Assembly: GCA_016182295.1 (NCBI GenBank)
Contig: JACOXP010000007.1
Coordinates: 11,457 to 75,456 of the forward strand
Direction: 5' to 3'
DNA length: 64,000 nucleotides
Source: Candidatus Harrisonbacteria bacterium
Lineage (GTDB): Bacteria > Patescibacteriota > Minisyncoccia > UBA6257 > WO2-44-18
Shown: one piece after another, positions 1 through 8,300 of the stretch
Position numbering within the stretch: the first letter of the stretch is position 1
Layout of the letters: every line of letters begins with the position of its first letter
Notes under the pieces: generated by a model
What the model was told of the DNA's origin: nothing
Database searches by the model: none
Seen by the model: only the letters and a program-made list of their open reading frames with translations
Program-made: the position numbers and the translations under genes

Positions 1-1117
1 CTTGAGAAATCGGCAGGGTCTTTCTGACCAATCTTTCGATATCGCGCAATTCCCGTCGCTGATCCGGCGTTACCAATGAAATGGCGTGCCCGCCGGCTCC
101 CGCGCGGGCGGTGCGGCCGATGCGGTGCACGTAATCCTCGGTGTTGCTTGGCAAATCAAAATTTAATACTAACTCAATGCCGGTAACATCGATGCCTCTT
201 GAAGCGATATCCGTCGCTATCAATACCCGATATCTTCCGAATTTAAAACCATCCAAAGCGTCTCGGCGTTGTTTTAAAGAACGGTTGGAGTGCAACTCCG
301 CGGCGGTATGTCCCATTTCGCGAACTATTCTGCTCAATTTTTTCGCTCCGAATTTTGTTCTGGTGAAAATCAAGGTCGAGCCGGAGTATTGCTGAAGCAG
401 TTTCTCCACCAAGCGAATTTTTGATTCTTTGGAAATAATAAATATTTCCTGCGTTACTTTTTCCACAGTCGTGCCGGACGGAGCCACCTCCACCCGAATC
501 GGCAGTTTCATGTGGGCAGTCGCTATTTTCATAATTTCCGGAGGCAGAGTGGCGGAAAAAAGCATTGTTTGCCGGTCGCGCGGAAGCGCTTGGAAGATTT
601 GTCGCATCTGCGGCGCGAACCCCATGTCAAACATGCGATCTGCTTCGTCCAGCACGGCAATTTTTACGTCATCTAAACGCAAGGTCTTCTGATTCAAATG
701 ATCAATGAGTCTTCCGGGCGTGGCAATAATAATTTTGGGGTCTCGAGCGAGATCTTTTTTTTGCGGCCACATCGGGGCGCCGCCGATCAACACCGCCGTG
801 CGCATCCCCAAATCCGATCCAACTTTTCGCAATGCTTCGTCTACTTGAAGCGCCAACTCGCGGGTCGGCAAGACGATTAAACCCCGATCCTTAGTATTGC
901 GGAGAATCTGAATCATCGGAATACCAAAAGCGAGCGTCTTGCCGGTACCGGTTTGAGCCACTCCAACCACGTCTTTGCCCTGAACGGCTACGGGAATAGC
1001 TTGCTGTTGAATTGGCGTCGGATTTTTATAGCCCAGTTTTTCCAGTTTGCTCAAAAGCGCCGGAGCAATACCCAGCGACATGAAACCCGGTATCGGTGGT
1101 TGAGGAGTTTTGTTCAT
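1..1117 (-). CDS. DEAD-box ATP-dependent RNA helicase; the 3-prime end of the gene runs off the window start
   Basis: Reverse-complement translation from the ATG at 1117 gives MNKTPQPPIPGFMSLGIAPALLSKLEKLGYKNPTPIQQQAIP and then the helicase motifs AQTGTGKT, VLDEADRM, SAT and HRIGRTARAG. It is absent from the ORF track because it runs off the edge. Confidence 0.85.
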   Translation of the reverse strand, partial: MNKTPQPPIPGFMSLGIAPALLSKLEKLGYKNPTPIQQQAIPVAVQGKDVVGVAQTGTGKTLAFGIPMIQILRNTKDRGLIVLPTRELALQVDEALRKVGSDLGMRTAVLIGGAPMWPQKKDLARDPKIIIATPGRLIDHLNQKTLRLDDVKIAVLDEADRMFDMGFAPQMRQIFQALPRDRQTMLFSATLPPEIMKIATAHMKLPIRVEVAPSGTTVEKVTQEIFIISKESKIRLVEKLLQQYSGSTLIFTRTKFGAKKLSRIVREMGHTAAELHSNRSLKQRRDALDGFKFGRYRVLIATDIASRGIDVTGIELVLNFDLPSNTEDYVHRIGRTARAGAGGHAISLVTPDQRRELRDIERLVRKTLPISQ

Positions 1118-1125
1118 TTTTCTAA

Positions 1126-2076
1126 TTATATCCTATTAAGGATCTTTTTTACGTTTTCCATGCTTTCCCAATCGTGAGTGGAAATAACAATAGCGTTGGG
1201 GTCTATTTTTTTCAACGCCTTGAGCTTTTCTTTTATTTCTTCCGGCGGCAATAAATCGCTTTTGCTTAAAAATAAATATTCAGGTTTTTTCGTTAATTCT
1301 TGATTGAAATTTGAAAGCTCGGTTTTAATTATTTTGTAATCTTGCTCCAGGTTTTCGGATTCCGCGGAAATTAAATGGAAAAGGATTTTTGTCCGTTCAA
1401 TGTGCCGCAAGAATTTTATTCCCAATCCCTTGCCGGCTGACGCTCCTTCAATAAGTCCGGGAATGTCCGCCAAAATCAATTTGTAATAAGCGCCCAAATT
1501 CGGCTCCAGAGTGGTGAAGGGATAGTTCGCTACTCTGCTTTTAGCTTTGGTCAATTCGTTTAGTAAACTGGACTTCCCGGCATTGGGCAGACCGATAATT
1601 CCGACATCCGCGATTAATTTGAGCTCTAATCGAATAGTGAAGCTTTCCCCTTCCTTGCCGTATTGAAATTCCGTGGGGCTGGTTCGATGCGGCGCTCGGA
1701 ATTTGAAATTGCCTTTACCGCCATGTCCGCCTTGAGCCGCTAAAACTCTTTCCCCGCTTTTTACGATTTCCAGAACTTCTCCGGCTTCAATTTTATGAAT
1801 TACCGTGCCAACCGGAACTTTTAAAATTAAATCCGCGCCGTCTTTGCCATCGCGGTATTGGCTTCGGCCGTCCGATCCATCTTTGGCAATGGCTTCTTTT
1901 TTATTTCTAAACTGAATTAGCGCGATTAAGTCAGGAACGCCTTCAAAATAAATACTGCCGCCATTGCCGCCGTCGGCGCCAGTCGGCCCAAGAGCCAATT
2001 TATTCTTTTCAAAAGCCACCGCGCCTTTCCCGCCGTTTCCGGCGCGGACTTTGATAGTTACATCGTCGATTAACAT
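1126..2076 (-). CDS. obg: Obg family GTPase
   Basis: MLIDDVTIKVRAGNGGKGAVAFEKNK is the Obg N-terminal glycine-rich fold. It is followed by a G domain (GLPNAGKSSLLN, DIPGLIEGA). Confidence 0.85.
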   Translation of the reverse strand: MLIDDVTIKVRAGNGGKGAVAFEKNKLALGPTGADGGNGGSIYFEGVPDLIALIQFRNKKEAIAKDGSDGRSQYRDGKDGADLILKVPVGTVIHKIEAGEVLEIVKSGERVLAAQGGHGGKGNFKFRAPHRTSPTEFQYGKEGESFTIRLELKLIADVGIIGLPNAGKSSLLNELTKAKSRVANYPFTTLEPNLGAYYKLILADIPGLIEGASAGKGLGIKFLRHIERTKILFHLISAESENLEQDYKIIKTELSNFNQELTKKPEYLFLSKSDLLPPEEIKEKLKALKKIDPNAIVISTHDWESMENVKKILNRI

Positions 2077-2195
2077 GTCGGTGCGCAGTATAAGCTAAAA
2101 TGAAGCTAACTACAAGGCGGGCAGTGTCGGTCTGGGGATAACTATTGACTTTCAATAACTACTTGTTAGTATACTATTATCACCACGAAAAAGAC

Positions 2196-2230
2196 CCTTG
2201 CGCAGATACGTCTGCGCCGGGGGCTTTTTC
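2196..2230. terminator. Bidirectional Rho-independent terminator hairpin
   Basis: gcgcaga-tacg-tctgcgc stem-loop followed by cgggggcttttt. It sits immediately after the stop of the 2229..2732 gene. Confidence 0.5.
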
Positions 2231-2732
2231 ATTTTGGGCTTCTAAACAGTAATTTATGCTTCATATCTTCGAGATAAATAATCGGCGCCCCTGTCCGTTT
2301 TAACAGAATTGAACATTTGGCGATAGGCGCGGGAGAAACGATGACACAAGGTATTTTCTTCTCCTGCCAAAAACGAACAAGAGACGCGTAGTCCCCATCG
2401 CTTGCAACGAGAAGAACGGCTTCAGGACAAGCTTCATAGTAATCCTTCATAGCTTGGAGCACTAAATCCGCATCGCAGTTTCCCTTCGCTTTCCCAGATC
2501 CATCGTAAACAATTTCTTTAAATACTAATTTATACCCCGTGGACTGCAACGAGGTATATAAATCGGCATGTTTCGACATAAGCCCGATGAATAAATATGC
2601 CTCCGTAACACTAAATTTTTGACGTATCCATGACCTAAACCTCCGGTAATCAAGTTTCCACATAGATGACTCGACGCCTTTATGTAAATTGGCGCCGTCG
2701 ATATAGGCGTAATTTTTGAATTCTTTTTGCAT
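2229..2732 (-). CDS. NYN-domain (LabA-like, PIN-like) protein
   Basis: YIDGANL...NCDADLVLQAM...LVASDGDYASLVRFWQEKKIPCVIVS is typical of NYN/DUF88. The start was chosen at the internal MQKEF, which abuts the upstream gene. Confidence 0.65.
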   Translation of the reverse strand: MQKEFKNYAYIDGANLHKGVESSMWKLDYRRFRSWIRQKFSVTEAYLFIGLMSKHADLYTSLQSTGYKLVFKEIVYDGSGKAKGNCDADLVLQAMKDYYEACPEAVLLVASDGDYASLVRFWQEKKIPCVIVSPAPIAKCSILLKRTGAPIIYLEDMKHKLLFRSPK

Positions 2733-2733
2733 T

Positions 2734-3372
2734 TTAAAGTAATTCGTCAATGAGATTTTTAATACTCCTATCCTTCAGCCACAACTTTTTAATTTTACCC
2801 CTCATTTCCTGATGTTGCGGATATCCTTTGTCTATTTCCCCACCCATTAAATCCGAAAATTCAATATTTAATAATTCTGTGAGGGATTCTTTAATATCAT
2901 TATATAAATCTTTTGCTATGCCATCTTCTAATAACTTTTTACCAAACGCATAGTAAGTATAAAAATGAAAGATCTCGTGCATGATTATGTTATTTGAAAA
3001 TTGCGACCCGATTTTTACAAAAAAGTAATTTTCTTGAGTATTGTAAGTACAGCGCTCGTTGTTCGTTAAATAAACGGTAATTGTGCCCGCAGGGTACTTA
3101 ATCCCAAAAGTTTTCTCTGCTCTTTCAATAAAGACGTTTTCAATTTTGAGCCACTTATTACGAATAGAATTTATTTCTTTTTCTACATCAATTTTATTTG
3201 TTTTGATGTGTTCCTCAATAAAATGTTTTATTTTCTCTACATCAAAATTTTCCCCGTTAATTTTAGTGTACAGATTTTGAAATTCCGTATAATTTTTTCT
3301 ATTTACGGACTTAGTTGATTTTGTGAAATTCTCCACGTCCTTTGTTAAATCGTAATAGAAAACTAGCTGCAT
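2734..3372 (-). CDS. Hypothetical protein with an HExxH motif (HEIFH); possible metal-dependent hydrolase
   Basis: 212-aa ORF transcribed together with the NYN gene. It has a single HEIFH motif and no other recognisable family signature. Confidence 0.45.
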   Translation of the reverse strand: MQLVFYYDLTKDVENFTKSTKSVNRKNYTEFQNLYTKINGENFDVEKIKHFIEEHIKTNKIDVEKEINSIRNKWLKIENVFIERAEKTFGIKYPAGTITVYLTNNERCTYNTQENYFFVKIGSQFSNNIIMHEIFHFYTYYAFGKKLLEDGIAKDLYNDIKESLTELLNIEFSDLMGGEIDKGYPQHQEMRGKIKKLWLKDRSIKNLIDELL

Positions 3373-3524
3373 ATTTCTATAGTATCTTATTATCGCAAAA
3401 CAAAAAAAGCCTGTAGACGAAGCACCTCGGTCTCTCGATAAAAAATGTTGACTGCGGTGAAATTATATCCTTTGCGCGAATCTTTTTTGAGGAACATTAT
3501 AAAACGGCGCTACTCGCTCCCTTA

Positions 3525-4706
3525 CTAAAATCTATGTTTGAATGCTCTCCTAAAACCAGCGTCTTCGGCTTCCTTGACGGTAAACGCGTAAAACTCACCT
3601 TCTTTATCGCCAACTATCGTTCGGTCGTATTGTTGATCCATAGGCAGGTGATAAATTTTGGTCTTTCGACCAGTTTCATCAACATTGATGTTGCATTTTA
3701 TTCTCGGAAACTCGCCAAGTGGTTTGTTTTCAATCACTTCTACACTCAACGCTTGTGCCATCTCTTTTGCCTTTTGTGATAAACTCGTCGAGGTAAAGAA
3801 TATTGGTCTTAAATGTTGCTCGTTGAGCAACTTTGAAAATGCCTCAAAACTTTTCTGATTGCGAGCACCACCGAAATATCTAATCCAATATTCCATTGTC
3901 GTTCCGAACAACTGGAAAACGTGTTTTTCGTGTATCTCTTTGTATTGTGCCCAGTGCTTACATTGGACAATACAGACATCGCCTCCCTTTGTTGCGATAA
4001 TGTCTCGACCGAGGTCTTCGAATCCGTCAATAATGCCTTTGTAGTGGATGTTGTACCCTTTTTGCGAGAATAGGTATCCGACATACATTTCATAATCTCT
4101 CCCGATAGCCCATTTTGATTTATTACGGTTTTTCAAATATCTATCTAACGCTCTTTGATTGCGCTCAACAGAAGGCAGACTTCTGTATTCTTCTGGGGTT
4201 AGATAATCTTTTACCCTGTCTTCATTTTCACCTTCTTCCGCTTCTCCGTCTACGCGAACAGGAATTTCCTCGTTTTCGTTTTCTGCAATTAGTTCAGAAA
4301 TCCACGGGAAAAGTTTCTCTAAGTAATGGAGTTTATAAAGGATAACTTTATTTTGTTTTAATAATTCTCGTTTTTCTTTCTTGATTTCTCGAACGGCTTC
4401 TGCGGCTGTATAGGCGGGGTGTCTTTTGTGTGTTAAATAATCTGCAAGTTTTCCGTCTCGCAATGCAAAATAATCCGCATACGCCTCAGCAAGCCACGGA
4501 AAGCCCATTGAACGCTGGCGCGTGATTTTTTCAATATGTTCGTGGGTAGCTTTCTTTTCTTTGGCAAATTTTTCTTTTTCGATATTGAGCGCATCAAGTT
4601 CGGGTTTCAACTTTCGATATAACTTGGCATCGGCAAAAGCATCTCGTATCCATGAGATAATCCCAAAGAGGATAAACAAACCTACGATTGCGAGTATCAA
4701 TTCCAT
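3525..4706 (-). CDS. Membrane-anchored protein with a coiled coil and a C-terminal Mrr-like restriction-endonuclease-fold (PD-(D/E)xK) domain
   Basis: N-terminal TM helix (ILAIVGLFILFGIISWI), then a K/E-rich coiled coil. The C-terminal half carries GRDYEMYVGYLF...DIIATKGGDVCIVQCKHW, which resembles the Mrr catalytic core. Confidence 0.5.
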   Translation of the reverse strand: MELILAIVGLFILFGIISWIRDAFADAKLYRKLKPELDALNIEKEKFAKEKKATHEHIEKITRQRSMGFPWLAEAYADYFALRDGKLADYLTHKRHPAYTAAEAVREIKKEKRELLKQNKVILYKLHYLEKLFPWISELIAENENEEIPVRVDGEAEEGENEDRVKDYLTPEEYRSLPSVERNQRALDRYLKNRNKSKWAIGRDYEMYVGYLFSQKGYNIHYKGIIDGFEDLGRDIIATKGGDVCIVQCKHWAQYKEIHEKHVFQLFGTTMEYWIRYFGGARNQKSFEAFSKLLNEQHLRPIFFTSTSLSQKAKEMAQALSVEVIENKPLGEFPRIKCNINVDETGRKTKIYHLPMDQQYDRTIVGDKEGEFYAFTVKEAEDAGFRRAFKHRF

Positions 4707-4711
4707 AATTT

Positions 4712-4936
4712 TTATGTCCGCATATCAAATTTTTCGGAAAATGTTTGGTCCGACAAATCGGCGAGAAGCATCCTTTTTTCTTGTTCTATCAATTTCATCA
4801 TGGCATCCGGTGTCATTTTTAACGAAATCGTTCCATAGAGATTTGTCGGCGCAACATGAGAATATCTTTTCGCAGCAATTTGTACGAAGTTTTTGTATAG
4901 CTCGCTCTTTTCTAAGTTCGAGGCTTTATCGAACAA
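4712..4936 (-). CDS. Hypothetical small protein; possibly the 3-prime half of a frameshifted gene
   Basis: 74 aa. It overlaps the upstream ORF by 25 nt near a homopolymer A run. Confidence 0.3.
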   Translation of the reverse strand: MFDKASNLEKSELYKNFVQIAAKRYSHVAPTNLYGTISLKMTPDAMMKLIEQEKRMLLADLSDQTFSEKFDMRT

Positions 4937-5124
4937 AAAACTAAGTGCAATGGCGCGCTTCCATGCATGGCGGTATAAAGCCGCTTCCTGATTTTTTGAC
5001 GCTCTCGGCGTGAACGGCTTTGTTTCGAGTAAAAACTGTTCAAAGCGTTCTTCAAGACGCTTCCGAGCCTCGGCGCGTTCAAGTCGTTTTTTTTCCAGTT
5101 ATCAATAAAAGATCTAATACCCAT
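4912..5124 (-). CDS. Hypothetical small basic protein; possibly the 5-prime half of a frameshifted gene
   Basis: 70-aa ORF that runs directly into ORF 4712..4936. Confidence 0.3.
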   Translation of the reverse strand: MGIRSFIDNWKKNDLNAPRLGSVLKNALNSFYSKQSRSRRERQKIRKRLYTAMHGSAPLHLVFCSIKPRT

Positions 5125-5210
5125 ATGTAAACATTGTAAAGTTTTCTTGAGGTTTTTCCCAAAGTACGGTTTAATGGGAATCGGTCGGGCACAAAATAAG
5201 GGATTTTAAA

Positions 5211-5669
5211 CTAAGTGTCGCTTCGTGAAGAACCAGGAAGATTTTTCGAAATTTCTCTGTGTTCACTTATGCCTCTTGGCATATAATTGCCCATCCGGAG
5301 AACATGCCCGATAGCCGAAATGAAATTGTATTTCTTTGCATACTTTATGAATTTTTTATTCTCCTCGACCATATTTTGTGCCTCAACATATTTCATGAAG
5401 TTATCGGCACCATCACTAAGGGTTTGAGGGGTTATCGATTTCTCAACCAGTTGAGCCATTTTTTTAAGTAATTCTTCTTGAAGCGGCAATGAGCGTTCTA
5501 TTTCATCAGCGTATGCCGACAAACGCCTTTTCTCCTTTTTTGAAAATAGATATATAAGAATAGCGATTGGTGTTGCACCACCAACTACTGTAAAGAAGGA
5601 AGACACAAAAGGCACCATGATATTATTTGAAGCGAACTGCGTCAACAAATTCAAGAAATAAATTAGCAT
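5211..5669 (-). CDS. Hypothetical membrane protein
   Basis: Two N-terminal hydrophobic helices. No recognisable family. Confidence 0.45.
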   Translation of the reverse strand: MLIYFLNLLTQFASNNIMVPFVSSFFTVVGGATPIAILIYLFSKKEKRRLSAYADEIERSLPLQEELLKKMAQLVEKSITPQTLSDGADNFMKYVEAQNMVEENKKFIKYAKKYNFISAIGHVLRMGNYMPRGISEHREISKNLPGSSRSDT

Positions 5670-5960
5670 GTCTAAAAAGTTTGATTAATTGCCGAGCTTG
5701 CCCGGTCTCTCGAACGGGCGCTCAATCCTGCGGTGTGTCTCGGACTTGAACTTGGCTAATGCAAGCAGTATAAGGCTTTTTTGAGCGTCTGAAAAGAACT
5801 GAACTTGAGGCACTCGGGTTAGAAGATGCTTTTATTGTAGCTGAGTTTCGCATCAATTAAGTTGATGCGCCACCTATTTTAATCTTTCAATCTCCACCTT
5901 GTAAGGATATTCTAGCGAGTTTTTTCGGTGCTGGGTGAGGTCTCCGGGTCGGCATCTGTT

Positions 5961-6590
5961 TCAGTAAGACAAAAGGGGGCAAAAGAAGATAAGATACAAA
6001 AAGTCAAAAACAAAGAAAGAACTAAAAAGTACGAGCGTTCCTGTAATCATCAACACGTACACAGTCCGAGAATATATAGAAGGAATAGATCTATCTTTTT
6101 CGGTCTTAAAAAGATTTATGGATTCTTTATCAATCTCATTTAATTCTTTAAAAGCTGTTTTGCTGATGGTACGGGTAGAAATCCAACTATTGTAGAGAAC
6201 CATGAATTTCTCGTTTCTTTTTTCGTAAAACTCAATCAGTTTACGACGTTCGTCTTCAATTGATTTAAATTCTGCTTGGTATTTCTGCTGTGTCCAAAAG
6301 AGCCCGTAGAAAAGAGAGCCAAGCAAAAGAATTTCTCCGACAAAGAAAAGAGGAACGCTTTGGACATACCCAAAAGCTGTAAAACCAAAACCAGCTATTA
6401 AACCAACTGCACCGATAACTGTTGCAGCAAACCCGATGGACTTAAAGTAAATATCCAACTGTTTTGTTCCTAAATCCTCAAGAACTCGTCCTTGGAGCTG
6501 CAGGCTATTCGAGCCGAAATTGTCGTAAAATTCCTTAAACAACGTATCGTCCAAAAGAATTTGGTCTGGATTTTCGTGCGGTTTTTGCAT
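5961..6590 (-). CDS. Hypothetical membrane protein
   Basis: Several hydrophobic segments (AATVIGAVGLIAGFGFTAFGY; TGTLVLFSSFFVF). Confidence 0.45.
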   Translation of the reverse strand: MQKPHENPDQILLDDTLFKEFYDNFGSNSLQLQGRVLEDLGTKQLDIYFKSIGFAATVIGAVGLIAGFGFTAFGYVQSVPLFFVGEILLLGSLFYGLFWTQQKYQAEFKSIEDERRKLIEFYEKRNEKFMVLYNSWISTRTISKTAFKELNEIDKESINLFKTEKDRSIPSIYSRTVYVLMITGTLVLFSSFFVFDFLYLIFFCPLLSY

Positions 6591-6747
6591 GTTTGAATCC
6601 TATCTTAGATATCAATATTTAGTTAATCGGGTCTTCCGATACTTTTTGCTACGGGCGAGCTTCTCGCGGATGGAACTGTGGACGGTCAAGCCTGGTAAGG
6701 TCATTTTACATTTTTTCAGAATATAAATCGAAGGCTCTAACAGCGCC

Positions 6748-7344
6748 TTAGGTTTTAGATAAATTATCTGGGTATTTCTTATATATGTATTCCATTATGT
6801 CCTTACTAAGCTTTCTAGATATTTCTACAGCGTTAACTATATTTTCTTCATCTGATACAGATGGCCTGAGTTTTGTTGTCTCCTCATCTCTGAAATCATT
6901 TATATCGTATCTTATATTATTCAAATTATGGATAGTTACGAGTTTTTTATCTTCAAAATTTATTTCGTAAAATTTAAACACATCTTTATTTTTCAACTGA
7001 ATATTTTTAATACCAAACAAGTTCCTTGTGTCGGTGCTTTTTATTTTATTCCACAATACATCTAGTCGATGCCCTACCTTTACCTCTGATATCAAATCAT
7101 TCTCCGTGTTGTTTAATAATCCTATAAACATTAATGAGTTTAGAATCAGTTCGAAATTATAAGCAATTAAAATGTTGATCTGTCGTGAGTAAGGTGGTGA
7201 CACTGCCTCTGCTCGTAATGTACCGTGTGGATATTCATCTAGGCATCTGCGAACAAAACTGAAGCCGGTTTGTGCTCTAGAAACAGCGCCAACAGCCATA
7301 ACATCTTTAGTTTCCCAATCTTTGAAGAGTCCTTTTATCATATC
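6748..7344 (-). CDS. Hypothetical protein, AT-rich
   Basis: ORF 6748..7395 with the start trimmed to the internal MIKGLF. The family was not recognised. Confidence 0.4.
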   Translation of the reverse strand, partial: DMIKGLFKDWETKDVMAVGAVSRAQTGFSFVRRCLDEYPHGTLRAEAVSPPYSRQINILIAYNFELILNSLMFIGLLNNTENDLISEVKVGHRLDVLWNKIKSTDTRNLFGIKNIQLKNKDVFKFYEINFEDKKLVTIHNLNNIRYDINDFRDEETTKLRPSVSDEENIVNAVEISRKLSKDIMEYIYKKYPDNLSKT

Positions 7345-7709
7345 GTGACCACTAAGGTAATAGAAGAAATAATAATAGCGACAATTGATAGCCAAAAAGC
7401 GTTTTTTGCGTTTTTTCTTACTTCCTGTAATTCATCATGGTCAGTAATCTTAGAGACCAAATCTAGCGGGGGTATCCAAAGACCGCCTTCTTCTGTTTTA
7501 ACAAAACTCCTCGTGTGTTCTCTACCAACTGGTTTGTAAATTTCTTCATCATAAAATTGTTCAATATGCCTTTCATTTAGAGAATATGAAGGCCTTATAT
7601 ATTCCTCTAGCCCTTTCTTGGTAAATCCTCTTTCTGCATTATTTATACAATATCTAGCAGCTGCAATTTGCCAAGGCTCTTTTTGATAATTCTGATTGAG
7701 GAATTTCAT
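7338..7709 (-). CDS. Hypothetical protein with a C-terminal TM helix
   Basis: 123-aa ORF whose C-terminus is AFWLSIVAIIISSITLVVTI. Confidence 0.4.
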   Translation of the reverse strand: MKFLNQNYQKEPWQIAAARYCINNAERGFTKKGLEEYIRPSYSLNERHIEQFYDEEIYKPVGREHTRSFVKTEEGGLWIPPLDLVSKITDHDELQEVRKNAKNAFWLSIVAIIISSITLVVTI

Positions 7710-7749
7710 TCTTGAATATATTTAACTTAATCAGATTTACTCTATGACT

Positions 7750-8109
7750 TTATGTATTGTCCGAGGGGGTATCAATTTTCTCTCGATCCTTTTGCTTTAT
7801 TTCCCTATTTGCTCCAGACGAAATGCGTCCATCAAATTCAAGCCAATCTGCAACGTCCATTTTGCCAGAAGTTAACTTCTGAAAATCCATTTCTTTCTTC
7901 TTTTCGTATTCGGCAGAGTGTTCTCTGTATAACATTATGACTTTTGTGAGAAAGCCGAGAACCACAAAGCTTAGGTAGATCCATCCACCCATTGTTTTCA
8001 ACAAATATTCATAAAAAGGCACAATAATAACAGTGGCTATTCCCAACCCGAACATCCACAGTAAAGAATATTTTATTGTATCTACGATCCAATCACTCTT
8101 ATTTCTCAT
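7750..8109 (-). CDS. Hypothetical membrane protein
   Basis: 119 aa with two to three TM helices. Confidence 0.45.
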   Translation of the reverse strand: MRNKSDWIVDTIKYSLLWMFGLGIATVIIVPFYEYLLKTMGGWIYLSFVVLGFLTKVIMLYREHSAEYEKKKEMDFQKLTSGKMDVADWLEFDGRISSGANREIKQKDREKIDTPSDNT

Positions 8110-8174
8110 ATTTTTATTCTATCGTAAGCACAAAGATTCATACAGCAACCTCTTCAAATTTGCATTTTCCCAAC

Positions 8175-8264
8175 TGGCGGAAGGGGTGGGATTCGAACCC
8201 ACGAGGCCCGTATAAGGGGCCAAGGTTTAGCAAACCTTTGCCTTAACCGCTAGGCTACCCTTCC
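8175..8264 (-). tRNA. tRNA-Ser (anticodon GCT) with an encoded CCA
   Basis: Reverse complement is GGAAGGG...anticodon loop TTGCTAA...long variable arm...GGGTTCGAATCCCACCCCTTCCGCCA. The 7-bp acceptor stem pairs perfectly. Confidence 0.85.
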
Positions 8265-8300
8265 ATAACGGCTTTACTTTCGATATAATATCACCGAAAA

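Noticed and set aside
141-1177. Plus-strand ORFs 141..395, 429..692, 698..880 and 953..1177
   Set aside because: All are antisense to the clearly motif-bearing DEAD-box helicase gene on the minus strand (1..1117).
8033-8215. ORF 8033..8215 (+)
   Set aside because: It overlaps the 3-prime end of tRNA-Ser(GCT) and the upstream gene end. Its tail (GVGFEPTRPV) is just the tRNA sequence translated.
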